DNA of 64,000 nucleotides from Candidatus Azotimanducaceae bacterium (GTDB lineage Bacteria; Pseudomonadota; Gammaproteobacteria; Pseudomonadales; Azotimanducaceae): NCBI GenBank assembly GCA_965205735.1, contig OZ242179.1, positions 483,162 to 547,161 of the forward strand, read 5' to 3'. Shown piece by piece: positions 18,401 to 25,761 of this stretch (position 1 is its first letter; each line of letters starts with the position of its first letter). The notes under the pieces were generated by a model. It saw only the letters and a program-made list of their open reading frames with translations, ran no database searches and was not told where the DNA came from. The position numbers and the translations under genes were made by a program.

Positions 18401-21400
18401 TGCCAGCCGATCTCCAGCGGCGACAGGCAGTGGTACGCGCCGGACGGCTCGTAGCCGCACGTCTGCACCTCGTTCAGGCGCACCCGGCCGGCGCTCGTTC
18501 TCTTGTACGCCAAGCGGTAGTCGCGCACCAGCGATCCGCCGAGCCGCAGATGGATGTACGTCAGCCGTTGCGGCTGGCCGAGGAAGTAGCTTCCCACCCG
18601 CGTCGAGTCCAGGTCGTCCCGCGGCTTGTAGACGAACTCGATCGTCGCGTCTTCCGCGTCGCCGTAGACGATTTTCCTCGGATGCCGCGCCAGCTTGGTG
18701 TCGTCCTCGTAGTACTTGTAGGTCATGAAGTTGCCGAACGCGTCCGTCTGCTTGTTGATCGACCACAGGAAAGGCGCCGCCGGCTCGGCCGGCTCGGTGG
18801 CGCTCGCTACGCGCGCCGGCTTCCATAGCTGGCTGTCGAGGGTGCGGCCGTACTCGCGCACCGTGCCGTCCGGCAAATACACCTCGAACCAGTCGCCCGT
18901 CGCGCTGTCCTTCAGCACGACCTTCGCGAAGCTTTCCCTCGCCGTGCGGTACTCCGCGGGGCTCTCCGGATGCCGGTCCTTGATCTTCGTCAGCGGCTCG
19001 CCGTCCAGGCACAGCGCGTCCTCGTCGTTGAATGAAATGCCGTCGCTGTCGTCCGTCCCCTTCACGCAACGGCGGATGGTCGAGAACCCGCCGACGCGCC
19101 AGCCGTAGCCGATCATGTCCGCCGGCAGCTCCTGGTCCGCCCGGTGCCGCTCGCGGCCGCCGCTGTAGTCGATCGACAGCCGCGGCGCGAGCCCGTTCAC
19201 TCCCGGCACCGGCGCGATCGGCACGTTGACGTAGGCGTCGCCGCCCTTGGTCACGCCGGACCTGTAGGGCAGATTGCCGGGGGTGATAGGCAGAATCACC
19301 TCCGCCGTCGCGCGGCCGTACTCCACGCACTCCTCAAGCTCTCCCAGCGGCTCTTCGCAACGCTCCACAACGTAGTGGTATTCGCCCGTCGCCTTGCCGG
19401 TGTACCCCACGCTGGTCCACAGGTGGTAGCTCAACAAAGGCGGATCGCCGGCGGCGCCGCTCTCGAGGACCCGGTACCTGTCGGCCAGCAGCGCCGACCC
19501 GTCCCAGGACAGGGTGTAGCTGCCCGTGGTGCTCGGGTTCGGCGTCACCTTCACGCGGTTCACTGTCACCGTCACCGTGCCGGTGTCGGTGGCGGTGCCG
19601 TCGAACACCGTGTAGTCGAACGTGTCCTCGCCGGGGTGGCCGCTATCGGGCGTGTAGGTGACCAGCGTGTCGTTGCCGTCGGCGTCGCTGGTGATCGTCG
19701 CCGTGCCGTCGGCCGGCGTCGTCACGACCGTCACTGTAAGGTCGTCGCCGTCCGCGTCCGTGTCGTTGGCGAGGACGGGGATCTCGACCGCCGTGACGAA
19801 CGGCGTCTCCGCCGTGTCGTCCACCGCCACCGGCGCATTGTTGATCGACACCTCCACTGACTCCGTCGACGACCAGCGGCCGCAGTTGCCCGTCCCGGCG
19901 CAGGCCCGCACCTGGTAGCTGTAGGTGCCGTCCGCCTTCCCCGTGATGTTTCTTGATGTGCTGTACCCTCTGTAGATGTTCCTGAAGCTCCAGCTCCCGG
20001 CCTTCTCCTGCAGCTCGTAGCTCGTCGCACCCGACGGACTCCTCCACCTCACCGGATAGCTGCCGTCGGCGTCTGTCGCCGGAACCGTCAGTCTCGGCGC
20101 CCGCGGCGGCACCTTCGTCGTCCCGGTCGACGACCGGTTGCCGCAGTTGCCAGATCCAGCGCACGCCCGCACCCGGTACTTGTAGATCGCGGGCGTCTTG
20201 CCGGGGTAGCTCTTCGTCGTCGTCGTCAAGGTCTCCGACGCCGACCACGCGCTCGATCCGACCTTCTCCTGCAGTTCGTAACTCGTCGCACCCGAGGGAC
20301 TCGTCCACCTCACCGGATAGCTGCCGTCGGCGTCTGTCGCCGGAACCGTCAGTCTCGGCGCCCGCGGCGGCACCTTCGTCGTCCCGGTCGACGACCAGTC
20401 GCCGCAGTTGCCAGATCCAGCGCACGCCCGCACCCGGTACTTGTAGATCGCGGGCGTCTTGCCGGGGTAGCTCTTCGTCGTCGTCGTCAAGGTCTCCGAC
20501 GCCGACCATCCGCCGGATCCGACCTTCTCCTGCAGCTCGTAGCTCGTCGCACCCGAGGGACTCGTCCACCTCACCGGATAGCTGCCGTCGGCGTCTGTCG
20601 CCGGAACCGTCAGTCTCGGCGCCCGCGGCGGCACCTTCGTCGTCCCGGTCGACGACCAGTCGCCGCAGGCGCCAGATCCAGCGCACGCCCGCACCCGGTA
20701 CTTGTAGATCGCGGGAGTCTTGCCGGTATAGCTCTTCGTCGTCGTCGTCAAGGTCTCCGACGCCGACCACGCGCCCGATCCGACCTTCTCCTGCAGTTCG
20801 TAGCTCGTCGCTCCCGACGGGCTCGTCCATGTCGCGTCGTAAGTGCCGTCCGCGTCCGTCGCCGGAACCGTCAGCGCCGGCGGCGGCGGTGGCGCGTTGA
20901 CGGTGACGCTGTCCCTGTCGTCGGCGCTGCCGCCGGCCCCCGTGCACGTCACCGTGACGCTGAAGCTGCCGGTGCTCGACGGCGTGTACCGCTTCGTCCC
21001 GGAAGTTGCCGCCGAACCGATCGACGGCGACCCGCTGCATGCGCTGGCGTTGCTCGACAACCAGGTCAGCGTGACGCTCTCGCCGAGCGTTATGGAACTC
21101 TGGTCGAACGACGCCCTCACCGTCGGCCGCTCGTAGACGGTCACGCTGGCGATGTCGTCGGCGCTGCCGCCGGCGCCCGCGCAGGTCACCGTGACCTCGA
21201 AACTGCCCGCGCTCGACGGCGTGTACGTCTTCGTCCCCGAGGTCGCCGTCGAGCCGATCGCGGGCGACCCGCTGCACCGGGTGGCATTGGTTGACGACCA
21301 GGTCAGCGTGACGCTCTCGCCGCGCGTTATGGAACTCTCGCCGAACGTCGCCCTCACCGTCGGCGCCGGGGTCGGTGGCGGTGCCGACGAAACGGTCACC

Positions 21401-21837
21401 GTCAGCGCCGTGTAGCCCGACCCGTAGCACATCTCCTCGTCGAAGATGAACTCGCAGAAGCCGACGGTGTACTCGTAGTCCCCCGCCGCCTTCCCGCTGA
21501 AGGACCACGACGTGCCCGTGCTGTCATAGACGAGCGTGCCGTCCTCGTAGAGCTGATATTGGTGTGCGTTGGGGACCGCCGACCACGATACCGTGTAGCT
21601 GCCGTCGGTCGACGGGTTCTCGCTCGACGTGATGCTCGCCCACGACGCCGTCCCGAGCGCCATCCCGGCGACCGCGATCGCGATGCGCGCCAAGCGCGCG
21701 ATTCTGCTTGTTCTGTGGGGTTTTGTTGCCAAGGTGTCCTGCTCCGTCCGTTTCGTCCGGCCCGCACAGCGCGGAACCGGGGATCGCGGGCATTCTGCGA
21801 AGGGCTCGAGCGCCGAGACCAGAGAAAACCTCGACAT
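15256..21837 (-). CDS. RHS/YD-repeat polymorphic toxin, main open frame (signal peptide, FN3/Ig/cadherin-like stalk, SpvB-like domain, YD shell)
   Basis: - 2193 codons.
- Signal-peptide-like RIARLARIAIAVAGMALGTASWA. A TTG at 21732 with GGAG 9 nt upstream is a plausible true start.
- Two Ig-like repeats, four 87-aa FN3-like repeats, and a cadherin-like NAPVAVDD...ANDTDADGDDLTV segment.
- SpvB-like PGVNGLAPRLSIDYSGG...GYGWRVGG.
- Many YD repeats (YAYDGLGRE, YAYDVRDRL, FTYDAAGNR).
- The frame is lost near 15357. Confidence 0.85.
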   Translation of the reverse strand: MSRFSLVSALEPFAECPRSPVPRCAGRTKRTEQDTLATKPHRTSRIARLARIAIAVAGMALGTASWASITSSENPSTDGSYTVSWSAVPNAHQYQLYEDGTLVYDSTGTSWSFSGKAAGDYEYTVGFCEFIFDEEMCYGSGYTALTVTVSSAPPPTPAPTVRATFGESSITRGESVTLTWSSTNATRCSGSPAIGSTATSGTKTYTPSSAGSFEVTVTCAGAGGSADDIASVTVYERPTVRASFDQSSITLGESVTLTWLSSNASACSGSPSIGSAATSGTKRYTPSSTGSFSVTVTCTGAGGSADDRDSVTVNAPPPPPALTVPATDADGTYDATWTSPSGATSYELQEKVGSGAWSASETLTTTTKSYTGKTPAIYKYRVRACAGSGACGDWSSTGTTKVPPRAPRLTVPATDADGSYPVRWTSPSGATSYELQEKVGSGGWSASETLTTTTKSYPGKTPAIYKYRVRACAGSGNCGDWSSTGTTKVPPRAPRLTVPATDADGSYPVRWTSPSGATSYELQEKVGSSAWSASETLTTTTKSYPGKTPAIYKYRVRACAGSGNCGNRSSTGTTKVPPRAPRLTVPATDADGSYPVRWRSPSGATSYELQEKAGSWSFRNIYRGYSTSRNITGKADGTYSYQVRACAGTGNCGRWSSTESVEVSINNAPVAVDDTAETPFVTAVEIPVLANDTDADGDDLTVTVVTTPADGTATITSDADGNDTLVTYTPDSGHPGEDTFDYTVFDGTATDTGTVTVTVNRVKVTPNPSTTGSYTLSWDGSALLADRYRVLESGAAGDPPLLSYHLWTSVGYTGKATGEYHYVVERCEEPLGELEECVEYGRATAEVILPITPGNLPYRSGVTKGGDAYVNVPIAPVPGVNGLAPRLSIDYSGGRERHRADQELPADMIGYGWRVGGFSTIRRCVKGTDDSDGISFNDEDALCLDGEPLTKIKDRHPESPAEYRTARESFAKVVLKDSATGDWFEVYLPDGTVREYGRTLDSQLWKPARVASATEPAEPAAPFLWSINKQTDAFGNFMTYKYYEDDTKLARHPRKIVYGDAEDATIEFVYKPRDDLDSTRVGSYFLGQPQRLTYIHLRLGGSLVRDYRLAYKRTSAGRVRLNEVQTCGYEPSGAYHCLSPLEIGWQDVAGGTWVGKLTDPMGAATTFAIATLSASDPHDFALGADDTPFGATSLPANTRALPAKNGDVKPVVTGVTRSDGIGGTRQTSYAYLGRGVESTRNWGFLGFHAIRETDDASGIVTYTQYRLDYPYFGRPAQVVRYKGNYRSATSTASAKTPLSKRAMRYAKKTVSHAGSTATTTLPHAEETMEWLYEGTSTLGAVRTTEALTLPSRFVTQVVRETRAGHGPTGDGDGGSDWGDGESHTLTVVQRTTRRTLSFDNDETDWVLGFVDDIDVEHYSGDSSATNATPDWTETVGRTRYMDTLAPDVVTRFPGHKLQHKTDYGYDTQGNRKTASETEGVPASNAGGQSSETTEDSTRTWKVLGFGAGRFPTSWKNPLNHTEHATHHVGLGVPATTADANNRRASYAYDGLGREISRTRHWDSVTTTNEDGTKTTEDVKTTTTYASCDASTCDAVAATVADCGTSYSVAPVMKVTTTAPDMPDSTAHLDMFGRAIRTSVEGFGGVDRRVDVFYDARGRTVCESEPYHAGETAKYTRYAYDVRDRLTRATRPDGGVTGIMYSAASNRVTATVTETVKAANGNQVLATRETKRTHNVLGELVSTTEGAEQTDTPEQAKQITTSYAYDGAGRLETVTTGDQTTTFTYDAAGNRASVANPNLGATLTAGDGTVSVKFDYNGHGELTERTDARGATYYDYDKLGRRTCAADRGGTATWEYDPANGAGLLERRSYDRDTVLTSASSCAFGSDFAETYAYNDDARLETVTTSIIDDQDPAAPTTLTRSYAYDDYGRPSSTTYPSAVTVEHKYNERGYLAKLMHGTTALVKVTAQTAHGQSKAVTYGNGVETERAYDELGRLTGIDTALNAAAIQDNAYAWRSDGSLESRIAGAAGSRSKREERFDYDYLNRLTEAETYISDSSSASRTLGFDYDLRGNLEFKTSDVSADDSVTDYDYEPGTNRLSEATIGDVEYRFTPDTSGHIERYACWDDDEDGVDDCADVDDTFIEWNARGLAEKVTVGDSADARRRLRATASITARTGRATLRRPSGRSSPAPRRP
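19850..20896 (-). repeat. four tandem 261-bp (87-codon) coding repeats inside rhs
   Basis: The string ggaaccgtcagtctcggcgc recurs at 20081, 20342 and 20603 (period 261). The protein repeats read PPRAPRLTVPATDADGSYPVRWTSPSGATSYELQEK...YKYRVRACAGSGNCGDWSSTGTTKV. The middle two are near-identical. Confidence 0.9.
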
Positions 21838-22239
21838 GCGCGTGTTGGGATTTGCGGCGCCCGGCGTCGGAAGCGCGGACGGATCGGGTTGCGTCCGAGG
21901 CGGCGGGGCTTATCGATTTCGCCCATGCACATGACGGTGCGTCATCCGGTCCGGGCTTCGGAAGGACAGCCGCTACCGCATCGTCGCGGCGGCCATCTGC
22001 ACACAGGAGACATTGTCTGCGTGAACGAAAACCCCGGTGCACTGGCCGGGTTTGCGGATCGTCTTGGCCGGCAAATGCGCGGTTGCCGGAGGACAATCCC
22101 GCAAAGTCGTTAGTCGAAGTGAACGACGAGGTCGGCGAACCCGGCCGTGGTGCCAACCGGCACCTGGCTTAGCCGGCGGAGAAAGAACGGATCAAAAGGT
22201 TGTATGTGTTTGGCGGAGAGGCAGTCCGTCACGGACAAT

Positions 22240-22274
22240 TCTCTTGAGGGCAAGTCCGACAGTCTGATAGCGCC
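22240..22274 (+). repeat. partial REP-like element (3' end only)
   Basis: tcttgagggcaagtccgacagtctgatagcgcc matches the 3' end (...ggcaagtccgacagcctgctagc) of the units at 39491-39730, in the same orientation. Confidence 0.6.
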
Positions 22275-22302
22275 CTTGTATGACAACCGCTTGATATTCA
22301 GG

Positions 22303-23058
22303 CTAATACTCTACGACCCCATGTTCAAAGGTGAACCCTCCCGCGGGCATTGACAGCCGATGGCGTTCGCCCTCGATATCGGGGTTCCAATCGTCGTAAC
22401 CGGCGTCGCCCCGCCACATCGCCACCCGTACGCCTTCCCCGCTCTGGCCGATCCGGGTCACGTAGAAGCGTGCGGGGTTTGCGCGGAATCTCGCCAACAG
22501 CGCCGCCGCGGGCGAATGTCGCGACAGGTGATACAGCGTGACCCAGGTGGGCGCGACCATGTCGATCTCGCCCGCGGCGTGCTTCGACAACGCCTCTGCG
22601 GGACGTATCCATCGGTGCGCGTCTATCTCGCCGCCGTCCACGTTGATCGCCTGGTCATGGCCCCTGGCAGCAAAAAACCAGGTGGCAAAACGCGCGGGCA
22701 CATCCGGCGGCGGCGTCCAATGGGAGAACCAGACGAAATCGTTTGCATCCAGGTCGAGGCCCGCCTCCTCCCGCGCTTCGCGCGCAGCGGCATTGCGCGC
22801 GCCAGCGTGCCTGTACTCGTGGGAACTCGGGTCGCCCTCCTCCGGGTAGTCCTCCGGGTCGATACGTCCGCCCGGGAATACCCACATTCCGCCGAAAGCG
22901 ATACGCGAGTTCTTGCGCAGCATCAGCACCTGCGGTCCGTCGTCGGTATCGCGGAGAAGGACGACGGTAGCGGCGGGCACGGCGGGCTTCACAGCGTCCT
23001 TCGCGCGAGGGCCCGCGGTTCCGTACATGTCGTTCTTGTGCCGTGCGTCGTCGCCCAT
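22303..23058 (-). CDS. Nudix-family hydrolase
   Basis: Nudix-box elements GGRIDPE ... REAREEAGL. 251 aa. Confidence 0.75.
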   Translation of the reverse strand: MGDDARHKNDMYGTAGPRAKDAVKPAVPAATVVLLRDTDDGPQVLMLRKNSRIAFGGMWVFPGGRIDPEDYPEEGDPSSHEYRHAGARNAAAREAREEAGLDLDANDFVWFSHWTPPPDVPARFATWFFAARGHDQAINVDGGEIDAHRWIRPAEALSKHAAGEIDMVAPTWVTLYHLSRHSPAAALLARFRANPARFYVTRIGQSGEGVRVAMWRGDAGYDDWNPDIEGERHRLSMPAGGFTFEHGVVEY

Positions 23059-23131
23059 CGCCTGTCCTTTGAGTGGCTACTCATCGCTATGTTCCGCAGT
23101 TGGCATCAATACGACAACCGTTCTTTTCTAT

Positions 23132-23146
23132 TGCGAATAATTCGCA
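23132..23146. promoter_or_regulatory. perfect 7-1-7 palindrome TGCGAATAATTCGCA, candidate metalloregulator (Fur-like) operator
   Basis: It lies in the AT-rich divergent region between the Nudix gene and the TonB-dependent receptor. It shares TG..AAT.ATT..CA with the 7-1-7 Fur motif TGATAATnATTATCA. Confidence 0.35.
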
Positions 23147-23263
23147 TTTACGTTAGCGTTTAACCTCCACTTGCGATCAATCTTCATGGACAGGCATACA
23201 CGCTCCGCTGACAACTGGCCAGGAACCCGCACTTGCCGTACTTTGAGGCCGACCCCGCTGGCG

Positions 23264-25522
23264 ATGTTCCGGCGCCGATCTCGGCTATCCATGCACGCGC
23301 TCTGGCTGGCCGCCGCTGTGGCCGGACCACAGGGTTTCGCCGAGGAAGCGCCTCCTTTCTTCGAGGAGGTCACAATTGTGGGCAGTCGCGACGATGTCAG
23401 GAACATGCCCGGAGCAGCGCACGTCCTGGGGCCAGACGACATCGAGCGATTCGGCTACACGGATATCCAGCGGCTGGCGCGGCAGATTCCGGGTGTTTCG
23501 ATCCAGGTCGAAGACGGCTATGGCCTGCGTCCAAACATCAGCATTCGCGGCGTCTCAAGTGAACGCAGCGGCCGCATCACCCTGCTTGAAGACAATGTGC
23601 TGATCGCTCCGGCACCCTACTCCGCGCCCTCCGCCTACTACTTTCCCACGACCGGCCGCATGCACTCCTTCGAAGTCCTCAAGGGCCCGGCGGCAATCCG
23701 CCAGGGACCGTATACGATCGGCGGCGCGTTGAACCTGGTTTCGACGCCCATACCCTCCGAACCAAGCGGCGCGATTGTTGCCGAGGCTGGCCAGCACGGC
23801 ACGTGGCGGTTGCACGCGAGCTATGGCGGATCGACCGATCGGGGCCTCGGATTTCTGATCGAAACCCATCAATGGATGTCGGACGGATACCAGGTCATCG
23901 ATCGCGGCGGCGATAGCGGTCTCGCTATTGCCGACTACACCTTCAAAGCACGGTTCGCGCCGCCCGCCTCGCGGCACAGATTCGATGCGAAGCTGCAATT
24001 CGCCGATCAGGTCTCCGATCAGAGCTACCTGGGGCTGACCGATTTGGACTTCGCCCGCGCCCCGTTCCGGCGCTACGGCCTGTCGGCGCTCGATGAGATC
24101 GAAACCGACCACGACCAAATGATCCTCCGATACACCCTCGCCCTTGGCAAAGCCGTGGAGTTTTCTGCGGTCGCGTACAACAACACGCATGCGCGGGACT
24201 GGTTCAAGACCGAAGGCATCGATTTCGATGGCAGCGAGGACGCGCAGACGTTTTCGCGCACCAGTTGGTCGAACGTGATTCGGGCGGCAAACCTGGGCGC
24301 GGCCCTGTCCGGGGTCGGCAGCGCCCAATTGCTGGCGATTCTGCACGGCGCTGCCGATACGCCTGCGGGGAGTATCCAGATACGCTCGAACGCTCGCGAG
24401 TACTTCTCACGCGGCGTGCAAGTGGGATTGGCGTGGGAAAGCAACCTCGGCGGCGCTGAACACGTGATCGACATCGGCGCACGGCTACACGCCGACGAAG
24501 AGGACCGGCTGCAACGCAATAGCGCCTATAGCCAGCGCGGTGGAAGGCTCGTGCTGGACGACGCCGGCTTGCTCGGCAACGCCGGCAACCGGATACAGGA
24601 AGCCCGCGCCGTTTCGGTATTCGTTCAGGATCGAATCGCCATCGGCCGCTGGTCGGTTTCGACCGGGTTGCGCTACGAGGATATCGAACAGGAGCGAACG
24701 CGTTTCGAAACCCGCTCGGGACGCACTGCCCACCCGGGGGAGCGATCCGCAGAGAACGTGCGCGATCGGCGCGAGAACCTCACGACGGTGCTGCTCCCCG
24801 GCATCGGCGTGAGTCTCGATGCGACGGAAAACGCGGAGCTGTTCGTCGGTGCCCACAAGGGCTTCACGGCACCCAGCAATGCGCCCGGCGTCAACGAGGA
24901 GACGGCACTCAACTACGAGGCCGGCGCGCGGGTCTACGGCCGAGGGTGGAACGGCGAACTGACCGTGTTCTTGAGCGACTACGACAACCTGCTGGGCGTG
25001 TGCACCGCTTCCTCCGGCGCCGACTGCGAGGTCGGAGACGCCTTCAACGGCGATGCCGCTACCGTGCGTGGCGTCGAAGCGTCGCTCAGCGCCGATCTTT
25101 CGACCGCGACGCGCTTTCAGTTGCCGTTCACGCTGACGTTCACACGCATGGATGCCACCTTCGACTCGGACGTAGCGGATACCGATTTCTTCGGTGACGT
25201 GCGGCGCGGCGACCCTGTGCCGTACCTGCCGGAACACCAGTTTCATGCCATGATCGGGTGGATGCGCGGGCCGGTCCAGGCGAACCTGTCCGTGCACTAC
25301 GTCGACGAAGTGTGCGTACGCGCCTCCTGCGGCGACTTTGAGAAAACCGACTCGGCGTTGACGGTCGACGTTGCCGCATCGTGGCGCCTCAACGAACGTG
25401 TTGAGCTGTTCGCCCGGATCGAAAACCTGACTCGCTCGACGGGCATTCTGGGTCGCCATCCCTACGGTGCCCGGCCGAACAAGGACCGCACGGCGGCGGC
25501 CGGCCTACGAGCGAGGTTCTAG
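23264..25522 (+). CDS. TonB-dependent outer-membrane receptor
   Basis: Signal peptide (MFRRRSRLSMHALWLAAAVAGPQGFA), plug region (VTIVGSRDD...RGVSSERSGRITLLEDNVLIAPAPYS), beta-barrel, and a terminal ...GLRARF. Confidence 0.9.
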   Translation: MFRRRSRLSMHALWLAAAVAGPQGFAEEAPPFFEEVTIVGSRDDVRNMPGAAHVLGPDDIERFGYTDIQRLARQIPGVSIQVEDGYGLRPNISIRGVSSERSGRITLLEDNVLIAPAPYSAPSAYYFPTTGRMHSFEVLKGPAAIRQGPYTIGGALNLVSTPIPSEPSGAIVAEAGQHGTWRLHASYGGSTDRGLGFLIETHQWMSDGYQVIDRGGDSGLAIADYTFKARFAPPASRHRFDAKLQFADQVSDQSYLGLTDLDFARAPFRRYGLSALDEIETDHDQMILRYTLALGKAVEFSAVAYNNTHARDWFKTEGIDFDGSEDAQTFSRTSWSNVIRAANLGAALSGVGSAQLLAILHGAADTPAGSIQIRSNAREYFSRGVQVGLAWESNLGGAEHVIDIGARLHADEEDRLQRNSAYSQRGGRLVLDDAGLLGNAGNRIQEARAVSVFVQDRIAIGRWSVSTGLRYEDIEQERTRFETRSGRTAHPGERSAENVRDRRENLTTVLLPGIGVSLDATENAELFVGAHKGFTAPSNAPGVNEETALNYEAGARVYGRGWNGELTVFLSDYDNLLGVCTASSGADCEVGDAFNGDAATVRGVEASLSADLSTATRFQLPFTLTFTRMDATFDSDVADTDFFGDVRRGDPVPYLPEHQFHAMIGWMRGPVQANLSVHYVDEVCVRASCGDFEKTDSALTVDVAASWRLNERVELFARIENLTRSTGILGRHPYGARPNKDRTAAAGLRARF

Positions 25523-25693
25523 CCCGGATATCTCAACAATCAGATTCCCGGATTCATCCCGCGTGAACAACCTTCACACAATTCACAGCTAGCCGAGGGG
25601 ACGCACCCTCAAACCAGGGTTTGATGTCATCGCGCGCGGTCTGTTGGATGGAGTTCGCGATTGGCACCCTGGTGCATCCCTACGCTATGCTTT

Positions 25694-25727
25694 TGATGCA
25701 GATGCTCGATTGATGCAGATGCTCGAT
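25694..25727 (+). repeat. perfect tandem duplication of the 17-mer tgatgcagatgctcgat
   Basis: Two adjacent identical copies (25694-25710 and 25711-25727), 35 nt upstream of the hydroxylase ATG. Confidence 0.9.
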
Positions 25728-25761
25728 CGCCGTGTTTGCCGAGCGTTTGGAAAGGACGAAA

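Noticed and set aside
15490-18828. Very long plus-strand ORFs antisense to rhs: 15490..17391 (633 aa), 17115..18215 and 17461..18828. Similar ones lie at 9710..11122 and 11938..12849.
   Set aside because: They are Arg/Pro/Gly/Ala-rich, contain no recognisable motifs, and lie exactly opposite a clearly coding high-GC gene. This is the usual stop-codon-poor antisense frame artefact.
21524-22172. ORFs overlapping and upstream of the rhs start (21524..22156 minus, 21559..22113 plus, 21708..22172 plus). They could have been a chaperone, PAAR or adaptor gene.
   Set aside because: Low-complexity Arg-rich translations that overlap one another in different frames, with no PAAR, DUF1795 or DUF4123-like motif and no ribosome-binding site. 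Treated as non-coding leader or promoter DNA.
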